A DNA stretch of 64,000 bases from an uncultured Spirochaetota bacterium (GTDB taxonomy: Bacteria; Spirochaetota; Brevinematia; Brevinematales; JAOACQ01). Below are positions 19,769 to 28,790 of the stretch, piece by piece. The translations under genes were made by a program, and so were the position numbers. Numbering within the stretch: the stretch's first letter is position 1; each line of letters opens with the position of its first letter. The notes beneath the pieces are model-generated. The model saw only the letters and a program-made list of their open reading frames with translations. It was not told where the DNA came from and did not search any database. The DNA is taken from contig CAVYGN010000001.1 of assembly GCA_963768055.1 (NCBI GenBank), positions 1,504,001 to 1,568,000 on the forward strand, read 5' to 3'.

Positions 19769-20158
19769 TTAAATATTTTTATATAATGAAAATTCTATAT
19801 AAGTATTAATTAATGAAAAATGTTTATCCAGAGAGAATAATTCAAGATCATTATCGATAACATTTTGCAAAATTATTAAATCCGGAATACCTACTTTATT
19901 GATCCCGTTTTTCAAATTTGCAGCCTGGTAATTAATCAAACCTTCCCACCTGATTATTAATGGAATATTTCTAACCGAATTAAGCAGCTCAATCAGTTTA
20001 TTCTGCCTTTTATGTTTGAGAAATGGGACTAATTCAGTTAAGATTAAATTATTTATACATATCAGATTTCTATCTATAAGCTGATTTAATTTTTCAACTT
20101 CCGGGTTCCCTCCAAAATATTCTATCCAGACCGATGAATCGATCAATATATTCCTCAT
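19769..20158 (-). CDS. vapC: VapC PIN-domain toxin
   Basis: ILIDSSVWIEY, IPDLII, LDKHF; AT-rich. Confidence 0.88.
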   Translation of the reverse strand: MRNILIDSSVWIEYFGGNPEVEKLNQLIDRNLICINNLILTELVPFLKHKRQNKLIELLNSVRNIPLIIRWEGLINYQAANLKNGINKVGIPDLIILQNVIDNDLELFSLDKHFSLINTYIEFSLYKNI

Positions 20159-20346
20159 CTCTTTCTCAAAGCATCTAAATCTATATCTAATTTAATTTTG
20201 CCGTAATAATTTTTAATTTCTTTTATTTTTTCTTTTTCAATCAGGTTGGTTAAAGCTTCTTTAATCAATCCGGTTTTTGTTTTAATATGGGTTAATCTCA
20301 TCGCCTCGTCGATCAGATTGTCCGGCAAAATTAAAGTAGTCCTCAT
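20155..20346 (-). CDS. vapB: VapB-family antitoxin
   Basis: MRTTLILPDNLIDEAM...KTKTGLIKEAL; overlaps vapC by 4 bp. Confidence 0.88.
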   Translation of the reverse strand: MRTTLILPDNLIDEAMRLTHIKTKTGLIKEALTNLIEKEKIKEIKNYYGKIKLDIDLDALRKR

Positions 20347-20419
20347 AAACGCCTCTTTTTATATGCATATATTAATATTATTAACGCATATTGTCAAGCT
20401 AAATATTACATATTATTGC

Positions 20420-20670
20420 CCGGATATTAATCAGAAACCTCTTCCACTCCTCAAACCCGGCCTCCGCGGTCTTCCTCCAGAGAGTGGCTGATTCCAAGGG
20501 CCCTGGCGGCTTTCGAACGGTTCCCTCCGCAAAGCTCCAGCTAGCGTGATGGAAAGGGGATCGGCCTTTTCTTCCATAAGGGCTTCCCCGGGATGTATAA
20601 CGGAAAAAGGCAGGTGTTCAGGCAGTATTATTCCGCCGGCAGCCAGGATAGCGGCGCGCTCCAGTATCCT
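20420..20670 (-). pseudogene. frameshifted C-terminal remnant of a sigma-54 activator (NtrC/Fis family)
   Basis: Manual translation gives ILERAAILAAGGIILPEHLP, then LELCGGNRSKAARALGIS, then ATLWRK, separated by two frameshifts. Confidence 0.8.
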
Positions 20671-20844
20671 CCTCCCTTTTCCTTAGGGGAGGCACTTCTA
20701 TTTCAATGATCCTGTTGCGCTTGGAGCCGTTTTGAAGTCATGCAGATATTGAATCTAATAGCCTAAAATTGTTCCTATCCGCCAATTCATGATATAATAT
20801 TTCCGTCTTTGAGGGGTCATTGATAAAACTGTAGGAGGAACATA

Positions 20845-22722
20845 ATGTTTAGACCCAAGCTCATGAAAAATTACTTTAAAGGGCCAATAATCGGGACCTT
20901 GCTGCTTTTGTGCCTTTTCATCCCCGCCGTTCCGGCGCTTCTTTACCCGGACACTGTCCTGGACAGAAAAGTCGCCAAATTGGTCTCGATGATGACCCTC
21001 GAAGAAAAGATAGGCCAGATGACCCAGGTGGACAAGATCTATCTAATCAGCCCAAGCGATATTAAGGATTATTTCCTGGGTTCGCTGCTTTCGGGAGGGG
21101 ATTCCAAACCGGCCACCCTCGATCCAAAGGCCTGGGCGGACATGATAGACAGTTACCAGGCGATTGCCCTGCAGACAAGGCTTAAGATACCTCTTTTATA
21201 CGGAATCGACGCCCTTCATGGCAATAATAGGGCGTATTCAACAGTAATATTTCCCCAGGATATAGGAATGGGCTGCACTCGGGACCCCTCCTTAGCGGAA
21301 CAGGAAGGCAGGATTACTGCTCTCGAGACCGCAGGAATAGGAGCATACTGGGCATTCGCCCCCTGCGTAGCCGTTGCAAGGGACGAACGCTGGGGAAGGA
21401 CATATGAATCTTTCAGCGAAGACCCAGGTCTTGTTTCCGAAATGGGGGCTTCGTTTTTAAAGGGACTCCGGGGAGATAATCTCTCGAATTCCGACAGTGT
21501 CCTGGGATGCCCGAAGCATTTTCTTGCCGACGGAGGAACGAAATACGGGACCAGCTTTTCAGGGGGCAACGACCAGGGCGACGCCCAGGTGAGCGAGGAA
21601 ATGCTCCGCGATATTTTCCTGAAACCGTATATAGCCGCTATTAAAGCCGGAGCAAAATCCATAATGGTATCTTTCAGCAGCTGGAACGGTAAAAAAATGT
21701 CAGGCAACGGATACCTTCTCACAAAAGTCCTTAAAAGGGAATTGAAATTCGACGGTTTTCTCATATCAGACTGGAAGGCTATAAACCAGCTACCGGGTTC
21801 TTACGACGACCAGGTCGAAGCCTCTATAAACGCAGGGCTTGACATGATAATGGTCCCCGACGATTACAAGGGTTTTATTTCAAGTTTAAAGAACCTTGTG
21901 CAAAATAAAAAAGTCCCGATGTCGAGAATAAATGACGCGGTCTCAAGGATCCTCAAGGTCAAATACGAACTCGGTATTTTCGATCACCCCTATACCGACA
22001 GGAAGCTTACGTCTAATATCGGCAGTCCTGAACACAGGGATATTGCGAGAAAAGCCGTCAGGGAGTCTGTGGTCCTTCTTAAAAACGACAATAAGATCCT
22101 TCCCCTTTCTAAAAACATGAAAAGAATCCTTGTCGCCGGAAAAAGCGCCGACGATATCGGACTCCAGTGCGGAGGGTGGACTCTCACCTGGCAGGGCGGC
22201 TGGGGTCCTATAACACCCGGCACGACGGTCCTTCAGGCCATTACAAACTCTGTCTCTAAGGGAACGGAAGTGAAATTTTCGATGGATGGAAGCTCGGCCG
22301 GCAGTTTTGATGCTGCTATAGTCGTTGTAGGCGAAACGCCGTACTCCGAATTCGCGGGCGACATAGTCCCTGAGAACGCGCCCCAGATCGGCAATTATAC
22401 GAAACGCACCTCGCTGGGGCTTGACGATAACGACATGACGACTATTGAAAATGTAAAAAAATCGGGCATTCCGATGATAATAGTTCTTATATCCGGCAGG
22501 CCTATGATAGTAAACGATGCCTTGAAGGATTCAAAGGCATTCATCGCGGCCTGGCTTCCCGGAACGGAAGGGCAGGGCGTTGCCGATGTAATTTTCGGCG
22601 ATTACGCCCCGACAGGGAAACTATCGTTTACATGGCCTAGGGAAATGTCCCAGATCCCTATACATATGGGTGACACGAATTACGATCCGCTGTTCCCGTT
22701 CGGTTACGGGCTGACATATTGA
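20845..22722 (+). CDS. glycoside hydrolase family 3 (exported beta-glucosidase/exo-glucanase)
   Basis: MTLEEKIGQMTQ, RWGRTYES, KHF, FLISDW nucleophile, AWLPGTEG. Confidence 0.95.
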   Translation: MFRPKLMKNYFKGPIIGTLLLLCLFIPAVPALLYPDTVLDRKVAKLVSMMTLEEKIGQMTQVDKIYLISPSDIKDYFLGSLLSGGDSKPATLDPKAWADMIDSYQAIALQTRLKIPLLYGIDALHGNNRAYSTVIFPQDIGMGCTRDPSLAEQEGRITALETAGIGAYWAFAPCVAVARDERWGRTYESFSEDPGLVSEMGASFLKGLRGDNLSNSDSVLGCPKHFLADGGTKYGTSFSGGNDQGDAQVSEEMLRDIFLKPYIAAIKAGAKSIMVSFSSWNGKKMSGNGYLLTKVLKRELKFDGFLISDWKAINQLPGSYDDQVEASINAGLDMIMVPDDYKGFISSLKNLVQNKKVPMSRINDAVSRILKVKYELGIFDHPYTDRKLTSNIGSPEHRDIARKAVRESVVLLKNDNKILPLSKNMKRILVAGKSADDIGLQCGGWTLTWQGGWGPITPGTTVLQAITNSVSKGTEVKFSMDGSSAGSFDAAIVVVGETPYSEFAGDIVPENAPQIGNYTKRTSLGLDDNDMTTIENVKKSGIPMIIVLISGRPMIVNDALKDSKAFIAAWLPGTEGQGVADVIFGDYAPTGKLSFTWPREMSQIPIHMGDTNYDPLFPFGYGLTY

Positions 22723-22741
22723 TTTTTTCGAAACTTCATAG

Positions 22742-22796
22742 CGTTAATTAGCGTGGTTCTTAACTCCGAAGCTGCGCTAATTGACGTAGTTTTTTA
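22742..22796. terminator. probable terminator hairpin between convergent genes
   Basis: CGTTAATTAGCG...CGCTAATTGACG stem followed by a T-run. Confidence 0.5.
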
Positions 22797-24710
22797 TTGC
22801 TTCGCTCCTGCTTTTTTCAAAAGAATAAAGATTTTATCGCTTCCAGCCAATTTTAAAGCCGTCCTGCCTTTTACATCCATGGCTTTTAAATCGGCCCCGG
22901 CATCGATCAGTACCCTTACCATGTCAGTTTGCCCATTTTCAGCAGCAACCATCAAGGCGGTATCCCCGTCCTCATCCAGCACCTGGTCAATGTTTCCCTT
23001 GTAATTTTTAAAAAACATTTCATCGTCGTTGGCCGCCGCATCGAACATGGTCTCAAGCAAGGCCTTTTCAGCATTTAGAGTTTCCTTGGACTCCATTTTA
23101 GCACCGGCATCGTTTAATATCTTAACCGCGACCAATCCCCTTTTTATAGTCGCCCATGTTAATACTGTCTCTCCTGATTTATTCACAGCGTTAATATCGG
23201 CCTTCGCCTCGATCAGCGATTTAATTATATCAGAATGCAAATAGGAGGCCGCGTACATCAAAGCTGTCCAGCCGTTTCTTTCCGCTGCGTTGACATCGGC
23301 TTTAGCCCCTATCAATGACTTGACCGCATCCGATTGTCCGGTGATGACTGCGTACATCAGGGCAGTCATGCCGTATTTACTAACGGCATTAACATCGGCC
23401 TTCGCCTCGATCAACGCTTTGATCCCATCAGCTTGGCCGTTAATAGCTGCGTACATCAAAGCCGTCCTTCCGTCTTTATCCGCGGAGTTGATGTCTCCTT
23501 TATAACTTTTAATAAACTCAACATCACCGTATCTGGCGGCGCTAAGAATGGTCTGTTTGGCCCCTGCGTCTTTTAATAGTTTGGTGATAGCAGAATCTTT
23601 AGCGAACAATAAAGCGGTACTGCCGTATTTATCCAAAGCATTAATATCGGCCCCGCCCTCGATCAATGCTTTAACCGCCTCTCTATGGCCATTCCCGGCT
23701 TCAATCATTAAAGCCGTCAAACCGTCTGAATCCGCTGTGTTAATGTCAGCCTTGGCTATGATCAATGCTTTAACTGTGTCCGTTTTACCATTGATGGCTG
23801 CATACATCAAGGGTGTCCATCCTTCTTTATCCGCCGCGTTGATATCAGCTTTTGCATCTATAAATGCTATAACCGCTTTCGTTTTGCCTTCGCCTGCTGC
23901 TTCCATCAAAGCAGTTACACCGTTTTTACTAGCGGCATTTACATTAGCCTTTGCATCGATAAATACTTTAGCCTCCTTTCCATGCCCGATGATTGACTCA
24001 ATCATCAAGGCCGTCCATCCTTCCTTATCTGCAGAGTCGACATTGGCCTTCGCATCGATCAATATTCTGACAGCATCCATTTGATTGTACAGTGCCGCCC
24101 ACATTAAAGCCGTCCACCCTTCATTATCAGCCGCATTGACGTCTGCTTTTGCTTCGATCAATGCTTTAAGCGCATCGATTCGGCCATTGTCCGCCGCGTA
24201 CATCAAGGCGGTCTTGCCATCCTTATCAGCGGAGTTGACGTCGCTTTGATGACTTTTAATAAACGAAACATCTCCGTATTTAGCGGCACTAAGCAGTGTC
24301 TGTTTCGCACCGGCTTCTTTTAAAAGTTTTGCAATAACAGGATTATCCGCAAATAATAAAGCTGTACTGCCGTATTTATCTGCAGCGTTGATATCGGCTC
24401 CTGCCTCGATCAATGCTTTAACGGCCGTCTTTTGTCCAATAAGTGCAGCATGCATCAAAGCCGTCAAGCCTTCTTTATCTGCAGCATTGATATCTGCCTT
24501 CGATTTTATCAATACCTTAACCGCGGCCTCATGGTTATACATTGCAGCGTACATTAAAGCCGTCCACCCGTCCTTATCCGCAGCGCTGATATTGCCCTTA
24601 TAACTTTTTATAAAAGAAACATCACCTTTTCTAGCTGCATCGAACAAATCCTCATCAGCAAAAGTGAAGGCGGGAATTACCAGCATGATAAATATCAGCC
24701 ATTTCTTCAT
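22794..24710 (-). CDS. exported ankyrin-repeat protein
   Basis: Signal peptide MKKWLIFIMLVIPAFTFA after AGGAGG; many G-TALM-AA...ADINAAD repeats. Confidence 0.93.
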   Translation of the reverse strand: MKKWLIFIMLVIPAFTFADEDLFDAARKGDVSFIKSYKGNISAADKDGWTALMYAAMYNHEAAVKVLIKSKADINAADKEGLTALMHAALIGQKTAVKALIEAGADINAADKYGSTALLFADNPVIAKLLKEAGAKQTLLSAAKYGDVSFIKSHQSDVNSADKDGKTALMYAADNGRIDALKALIEAKADVNAADNEGWTALMWAALYNQMDAVRILIDAKANVDSADKEGWTALMIESIIGHGKEAKVFIDAKANVNAASKNGVTALMEAAGEGKTKAVIAFIDAKADINAADKEGWTPLMYAAINGKTDTVKALIIAKADINTADSDGLTALMIEAGNGHREAVKALIEGGADINALDKYGSTALLFAKDSAITKLLKDAGAKQTILSAARYGDVEFIKSYKGDINSADKDGRTALMYAAINGQADGIKALIEAKADVNAVSKYGMTALMYAVITGQSDAVKSLIGAKADVNAAERNGWTALMYAASYLHSDIIKSLIEAKADINAVNKSGETVLTWATIKRGLVAVKILNDAGAKMESKETLNAEKALLETMFDAAANDDEMFFKNYKGNIDQVLDEDGDTALMVAAENGQTDMVRVLIDAGADLKAMDVKGRTALKLAGSDKIFILLKKAGAKQ

Positions 24711-24860
24711 AATATGCCTCCTTACAATTCGATGTTTTATTATATATATCCCATTAAAAACATGCATGTTTTTGTTATTATTCAGTATTTAAACTAATAT
24801 TTATTACCTATTTTAATACCCTTATTAAACATACTGGCGCACGTTTTTTGAATCGTAATC

Positions 24861-24889
24861 TTGACAAGCTCATGGATTACATGTAAACT
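24861..24889 (+). promoter_or_regulatory. sigma70-type promoter
   Basis: TTGACA-17bp-TAAACT upstream of the STAS gene. Confidence 0.55.
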
Positions 24890-24959
24890 AAACGGTCAAT
24901 AAAGCGGCCCGCCCCGGGGGCTGGGCGTATCAGTCTTATTTTTGAATTAAGGACCGCTT

Positions 24960-25301
24960 ATGCATAGAGTCGACTTTTATGAGGAAAACGGTATATTTGT
25001 TATTAAACCTACCGGGGAAATGATATTTTTCTTCCTTGAAGAGGTCAGTAAATTTATCAAGGACAAGATTAAGCTCAACGGCTACAGATTCGTCTTCGAA
25101 CTCGGCGAGGTCCCATGGATCGATTCGATCGGGCTTGGGCTTTTCGCTATAGCGGTAAAGGCGGCGATAACGAATCAATCGAAAATCTGCGTCATCAACC
25201 CAAGAGAAAACATCGTACAATTGTTTAAAATGAGCAACCTTCTTGATTTCATCAATATCTGCGGCAATATGAAAGAGGCTGTTGAATTTTTCTCACATTA
25301 A
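24960..25301 (+). CDS. STAS-domain anti-sigma factor antagonist
   Basis: VPWIDSIGLG motif, 113 aa. Confidence 0.85.
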   Translation: MHRVDFYEENGIFVIKPTGEMIFFFLEEVSKFIKDKIKLNGYRFVFELGEVPWIDSIGLGLFAIAVKAAITNQSKICVINPRENIVQLFKMSNLLDFINICGNMKEAVEFFSH

Positions 25302-25310
25302 GGATTTTTT

Positions 25311-26447
25311 ATGAACGAACAGAAAAAGATATTAATTACAATGCTCGAAGCAGGAGCGGGGCACAAAATGCCGGCCCTGGCTATTAAGGACTCGATAGAA
25401 AAATTGTATCCCGGCCGGTTTAAAATAGATGTAGTCGATCTCTTTAAAGTAGCCGGGGCGCTTGAAAATGACCGCGCTATGAAAGGGGCATGGGACTTCG
25501 CGCTAGCCCACCCTGTTGTCGGCAGGTTTGTTTACCATCTTATGGAGTTTTTTCATTTCAATCCCAGGCTTTATATAAGTATAATGCTTTCCGAGGTTAT
25601 GATTAAGGGAAGGCGTTACATAAAGGAATACAAACCCGACCTTATCGTTTCAACCCAGTTTTACTGTATCCCGATTTCAAGCATGGCCAGGGATAAATTA
25701 AAATTGCCGATCAAAGTCATAGGTTATGTAACCGACCCTTTCTGGGGTTATTCCCTCTGGGCAGACAGGGGCGCCGATTTTATGCTGGTTTCATCTGAAA
25801 AGGCAAGGAAAATGCTCATCAGCCATAAAGTAAGCCCCGATAAGATAAAAATATTCCCATTTCCCATCAATCAAAAATTTTTCAACCTGACCAGGTCGAG
25901 GGAAGAGATTTCAAGGGAGTATTCCATAAACCCGGCCTATAAAACGGTATTGGCCACTGCCGGGGGACAGGGGATAAGCAATATCGGCGTTTTCATCAAG
26001 AAAATATATAAAAAGTCCCTTCCCCTTAACGTTATAGCTATATGCGGCAAAAATGAGAAGCTCAGAACCGAACTGGACAATCTTAAAAAAAAGGTACCTT
26101 CGGCTACGAATCTAATACCTGTCGGTTTCGTGAATAATATGAACGAACTACTGTCTGTTTCAGATCTCAACATCGCAAAAGCGGGAGCTTCGACAACCTT
26201 CGAGGCCCTTTTCATGAATAACCCGATCATCTTTACCCATTATGCAGCGCCGCCTGAAAAGCCGAATATCGATTACTGCGTAGAAAACAAGGTCGGATGG
26301 TATACCCCGGGTGAAAAGGCCTTCTTCGATGTCCTTGACCGGATCATGAATACCGGGATCCTTGATGAATATAAAAATAATTTAAAGGGAATGAAACTGC
26401 ATTCCGGAAGCGAAGAGATTGCCGAATTCGTAGTTTCCCAGCTTTGA
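25311..26447 (+). CDS. diacylglycerol glycosyltransferase (MGDG synthase/UgtP-like, GT28)
   Basis: GAGHK, PDLIVSTQ, VTDP, ICGKN, GFVNNM, KAGASTTFEAL. Confidence 0.88.
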   Translation: MNEQKKILITMLEAGAGHKMPALAIKDSIEKLYPGRFKIDVVDLFKVAGALENDRAMKGAWDFALAHPVVGRFVYHLMEFFHFNPRLYISIMLSEVMIKGRRYIKEYKPDLIVSTQFYCIPISSMARDKLKLPIKVIGYVTDPFWGYSLWADRGADFMLVSSEKARKMLISHKVSPDKIKIFPFPINQKFFNLTRSREEISREYSINPAYKTVLATAGGQGISNIGVFIKKIYKKSLPLNVIAICGKNEKLRTELDNLKKKVPSATNLIPVGFVNNMNELLSVSDLNIAKAGASTTFEALFMNNPIIFTHYAAPPEKPNIDYCVENKVGWYTPGEKAFFDVLDRIMNTGILDEYKNNLKGMKLHSGSEEIAEFVVSQL

Positions 26448-26453
26448 CGCCCC

Positions 26454-27254
26454 TTAAACAGCCTCTTTGATCCTGCTTATGAGCACGGCTTCTCCGCTAA
26501 CCTTGTCGATGTCTATGACGACGCCCTGTACTTCTATAATTCCCTTGTCTTCAGGCGAAAACCTTACGGGAAGGTGGCGGATCACTTTTCGGTAAGATTC
26601 TTCTATTTTCATGCCTATAACCGAATCGATGGAACCGCACATGCCGATATCGGTAATATAGGCCGTCTTTTTCGGAAGTATCCTTTCATCGGACGTCTGA
26701 ATATGAGTATGGGTGCCCCAGACAGCGCTGACCCTTCCATCGAAATACCAGCCGAAAGCCTGTTTTTCGCTTGTCGCTTCGGCATGAAAATCGACCAGGA
26801 TGATCGAAATTCCTTCATTTTTCAGCCGTTCTACTTCCGATTCCACGGCCTGAAAAGGGCAGTCTATGGCTTCCATGAATATTCTGCCCATCGCATTGAT
26901 AACGGCGGCCTTCAAACCGTTTATTTCATAAATAAAAGTGCCATGGCCGGGAGTTTTCGGGGGATAATTGATAGGGCGGAGGAGATTGGGAATGATGTCT
27001 ATAAAATCGAAAACTTCCTTTTTCTGCCAGACATGGTTTCCGGTCGTTATAACGTCAACGCCGGTATCCAGAATCTGTTTAACCACCGCACTGGTAATGC
27101 CGAAACCATGGGCGGAATTCTCGCCGTTAAGTACGACAAGGTCCGGAGTCATTTTAATTTTCATCCTGTTGATGACATTTGCAAAGGCTTTCCTGCCGGC
27201 ATCTCCTATGATATCTCCGAATGCGAGGACCCTGAAAATATTTTCAGATTTCAT
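26454..27254 (-). CDS. ymdB: YmdB-family metallophosphoesterase
   Basis: GDIIG, NGENSAHG, TTGNH, DFHAEATSEK, GTHTH. Confidence 0.93.
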   Translation of the reverse strand: MKSENIFRVLAFGDIIGDAGRKAFANVINRMKIKMTPDLVVLNGENSAHGFGITSAVVKQILDTGVDVITTGNHVWQKKEVFDFIDIIPNLLRPINYPPKTPGHGTFIYEINGLKAAVINAMGRIFMEAIDCPFQAVESEVERLKNEGISIILVDFHAEATSEKQAFGWYFDGRVSAVWGTHTHIQTSDERILPKKTAYITDIGMCGSIDSVIGMKIEESYRKVIRHLPVRFSPEDKGIIEVQGVVIDIDKVSGEAVLISRIKEAV

Positions 27255-27339
27255 AATTTTTCACAGGATATATTACCTACCCGCTTTATTTAAGGGCATT
27301 CAGGTTATATTATTCTTTGTAAAAAAGCAAAATAAGAGG

Positions 27340-27392
27340 AAGATTTCTTACTTGTCATTTCGAGGAGTCCCGGCAGGACAACGAGTAATCTT
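27340..27392. repeat. GTCATTTCGAG-type palindromic repeat, partial copy
   Basis: TTGTCATTTCGAGGAGTCCCGGCAGGACAACGAGTAATCT closely matches 39878-39916. Confidence 0.75.
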
Positions 27393-27393
27393 T

Positions 27394-27825
27394 TTAGAGA
27401 TACTTGATCAATGTTATCGTATTTCCGCGGCCTTCCTTATATTCATGGGTCATTTCATCCATGTAATTCTTCATCGTGTGGATTCCCAGTCCATGCGTTT
27501 TCATTTCAGCAAGGTGCTCGCCTATATCTACGGCCGGGAACCTGTTAGGATCGAAGGGCTTGCCCCTGTCTTTCACGGAAACCGATATGCCTTTATTTAT
27601 TTCTTCGACCTCTATTTCAAGGTCCCTCTGCCCCTGGGGAATCTCAGGGTCTGCGGAATAAGAATATCTTATAATATTTGTGCAGAGCTCGTCGACCGCC
27701 ATTTCTATTTCCATCCTGCCTATCTCGTTGAAGCCGATTTTTTCAGCGTATTCGTTTACAAAGGAACGGATCTTTCCCAGGTTCGACAGTTCACCCTGTA
27801 TCTTTAGTACTAATTTACTCAGCAT
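27394..27825 (-). CDS. anti-sigma factor / Ser kinase (RsbW-like HATPase_c)
   Basis: AVDELCTNIIRYS, DRGKPFDP, GLGIHTM. Confidence 0.9.
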   Translation of the reverse strand: MLSKLVLKIQGELSNLGKIRSFVNEYAEKIGFNEIGRMEIEMAVDELCTNIIRYSYSADPEIPQGQRDLEIEVEEINKGISVSVKDRGKPFDPNRFPAVDIGEHLAEMKTHGLGIHTMKNYMDEMTHEYKEGRGNTITLIKYL

Positions 27826-27832
27826 GCCGCTT

Positions 27833-28180
27833 TTATTTCAGCATAGATAAGGCCCCGGACACTGAATCTGCAATACTCAGGACCTTGGTAAATCCCATTG
27901 TTTCGAAAACATGCTTGATTTTATCGGACATTCCCGCTATTACGATGTTGCCCCCGGCGGATTTCGCCTCGTTAAAAGAGGCAATAAGCACTCCCAGTCC
28001 TGCCGTAGCTATATAATCGACCCCTTTCATGTCTATGACGATCTTATTGGATTTTCCAAGAAAGCTCTTCATCTGCTTGTCGAACTGGGGCGTCGAGTGG
28101 GCGTCAAGCGACCCTTTTATACCCATGATCCCGACTCCGCTGGACCCCTCCATTCTGAAATTAAACTCCGCTTCTGCCAT
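27833..28180 (-). CDS. anti-sigma factor antagonist (RsbV-like STAS)
   Basis: GSLDAHS, VDYIATAGLGVL; paired with the RsbW-like gene. Confidence 0.9.
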   Translation of the reverse strand: MAEAEFNFRMEGSSGVGIMGIKGSLDAHSTPQFDKQMKSFLGKSNKIVIDMKGVDYIATAGLGVLIASFNEAKSAGGNIVIAGMSDKIKHVFETMGFTKVLSIADSVSGALSMLK

Positions 28181-28254
28181 AATTTCTCTCCTTTCTTATA
28201 AATTATGCTAATTCCTTTATATATTAACTTTGAACAAATAAATTTACTGAGGGA

Positions 28255-28321
28255 TCACCGCAAAGGCGCCAAGGACGCAAAGGGCTGTCCTGAGGCAGCG
28301 AAGGAGACAGAGTACGCAAAG
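28255..28321. repeat. left arm of GxxExxY cassette 2 (CGCAAAG units)
   Basis: TCACCGCAAAGGCGCCAAGGACGCAAAG...ACGCAAAG. Confidence 0.85.
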
Positions 28322-28323
28322 AA

Positions 28324-28707
28324 TTATAATTGATTTACAATTCTTTTTATCCCGTCTTTCAATAAAATTGAATTAAAGTTTATCAATAAACCCAATTTTA
28401 ATCCAGTTAATTTTAAATATGTTAATAATTGCGCTTCATGTATCAATTCGATTTGATTAACTGATTTTAATTCAATAATTACTTTTTTTTCAACTACTAA
28501 ATCCAATCTATAAACACAGTCTAACAAAATTCCTTTATAATTTACTGGTAATGATTTTTGTCTTTCAAACTTTAAATTTAATTTATTTAATTCATAACAT
28601 AAGCATTCTTCATAAGCTGATTCTAAAAGACCCGGCCCAATTCTTTTATGAACTTCAATCGCTGCCCCAATAATTTTATTGGATAATTCATCTTCAATTT
28701 TTTTCAT
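28324..28707 (-). CDS. GxxExxY protein (PD-(D/E)XK nuclease superfamily)
   Basis: GPGLLESAYEECL, RLDLVVE..IIELK, AQLLTYLK, GLLINFN; very AT-rich. Confidence 0.95.
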   Translation of the reverse strand: MKKIEDELSNKIIGAAIEVHKRIGPGLLESAYEECLCYELNKLNLKFERQKSLPVNYKGILLDCVYRLDLVVEKKVIIELKSVNQIELIHEAQLLTYLKLTGLKLGLLINFNSILLKDGIKRIVNQL

Positions 28708-28718
28708 TTTATTAATTA

Positions 28719-28774
28719 CTTTGCATTTCTTTGCGTCCTTCGATATCTTTGCGACCTTTGCGACTTTGCGTTGA
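28719..28774. repeat. right arm of GxxExxY cassette 2
   Basis: CTTTGC x5; 28747-28774 is the reverse complement of 28255-28282 at 24/28. Confidence 0.87.
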
Positions 28775-28790
28775 AAAAAATATTGTTTTA

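Noticed and set aside
23029..24603. Repetitive plus-strand ORFs
   Set aside because: Antisense shadows of the ankyrin repeats.
26574..27807. Long plus-strand ORFs (239 and 279 aa)
   Set aside because: Antisense to the well-supported ymdB and rsbW-like genes; no motifs.
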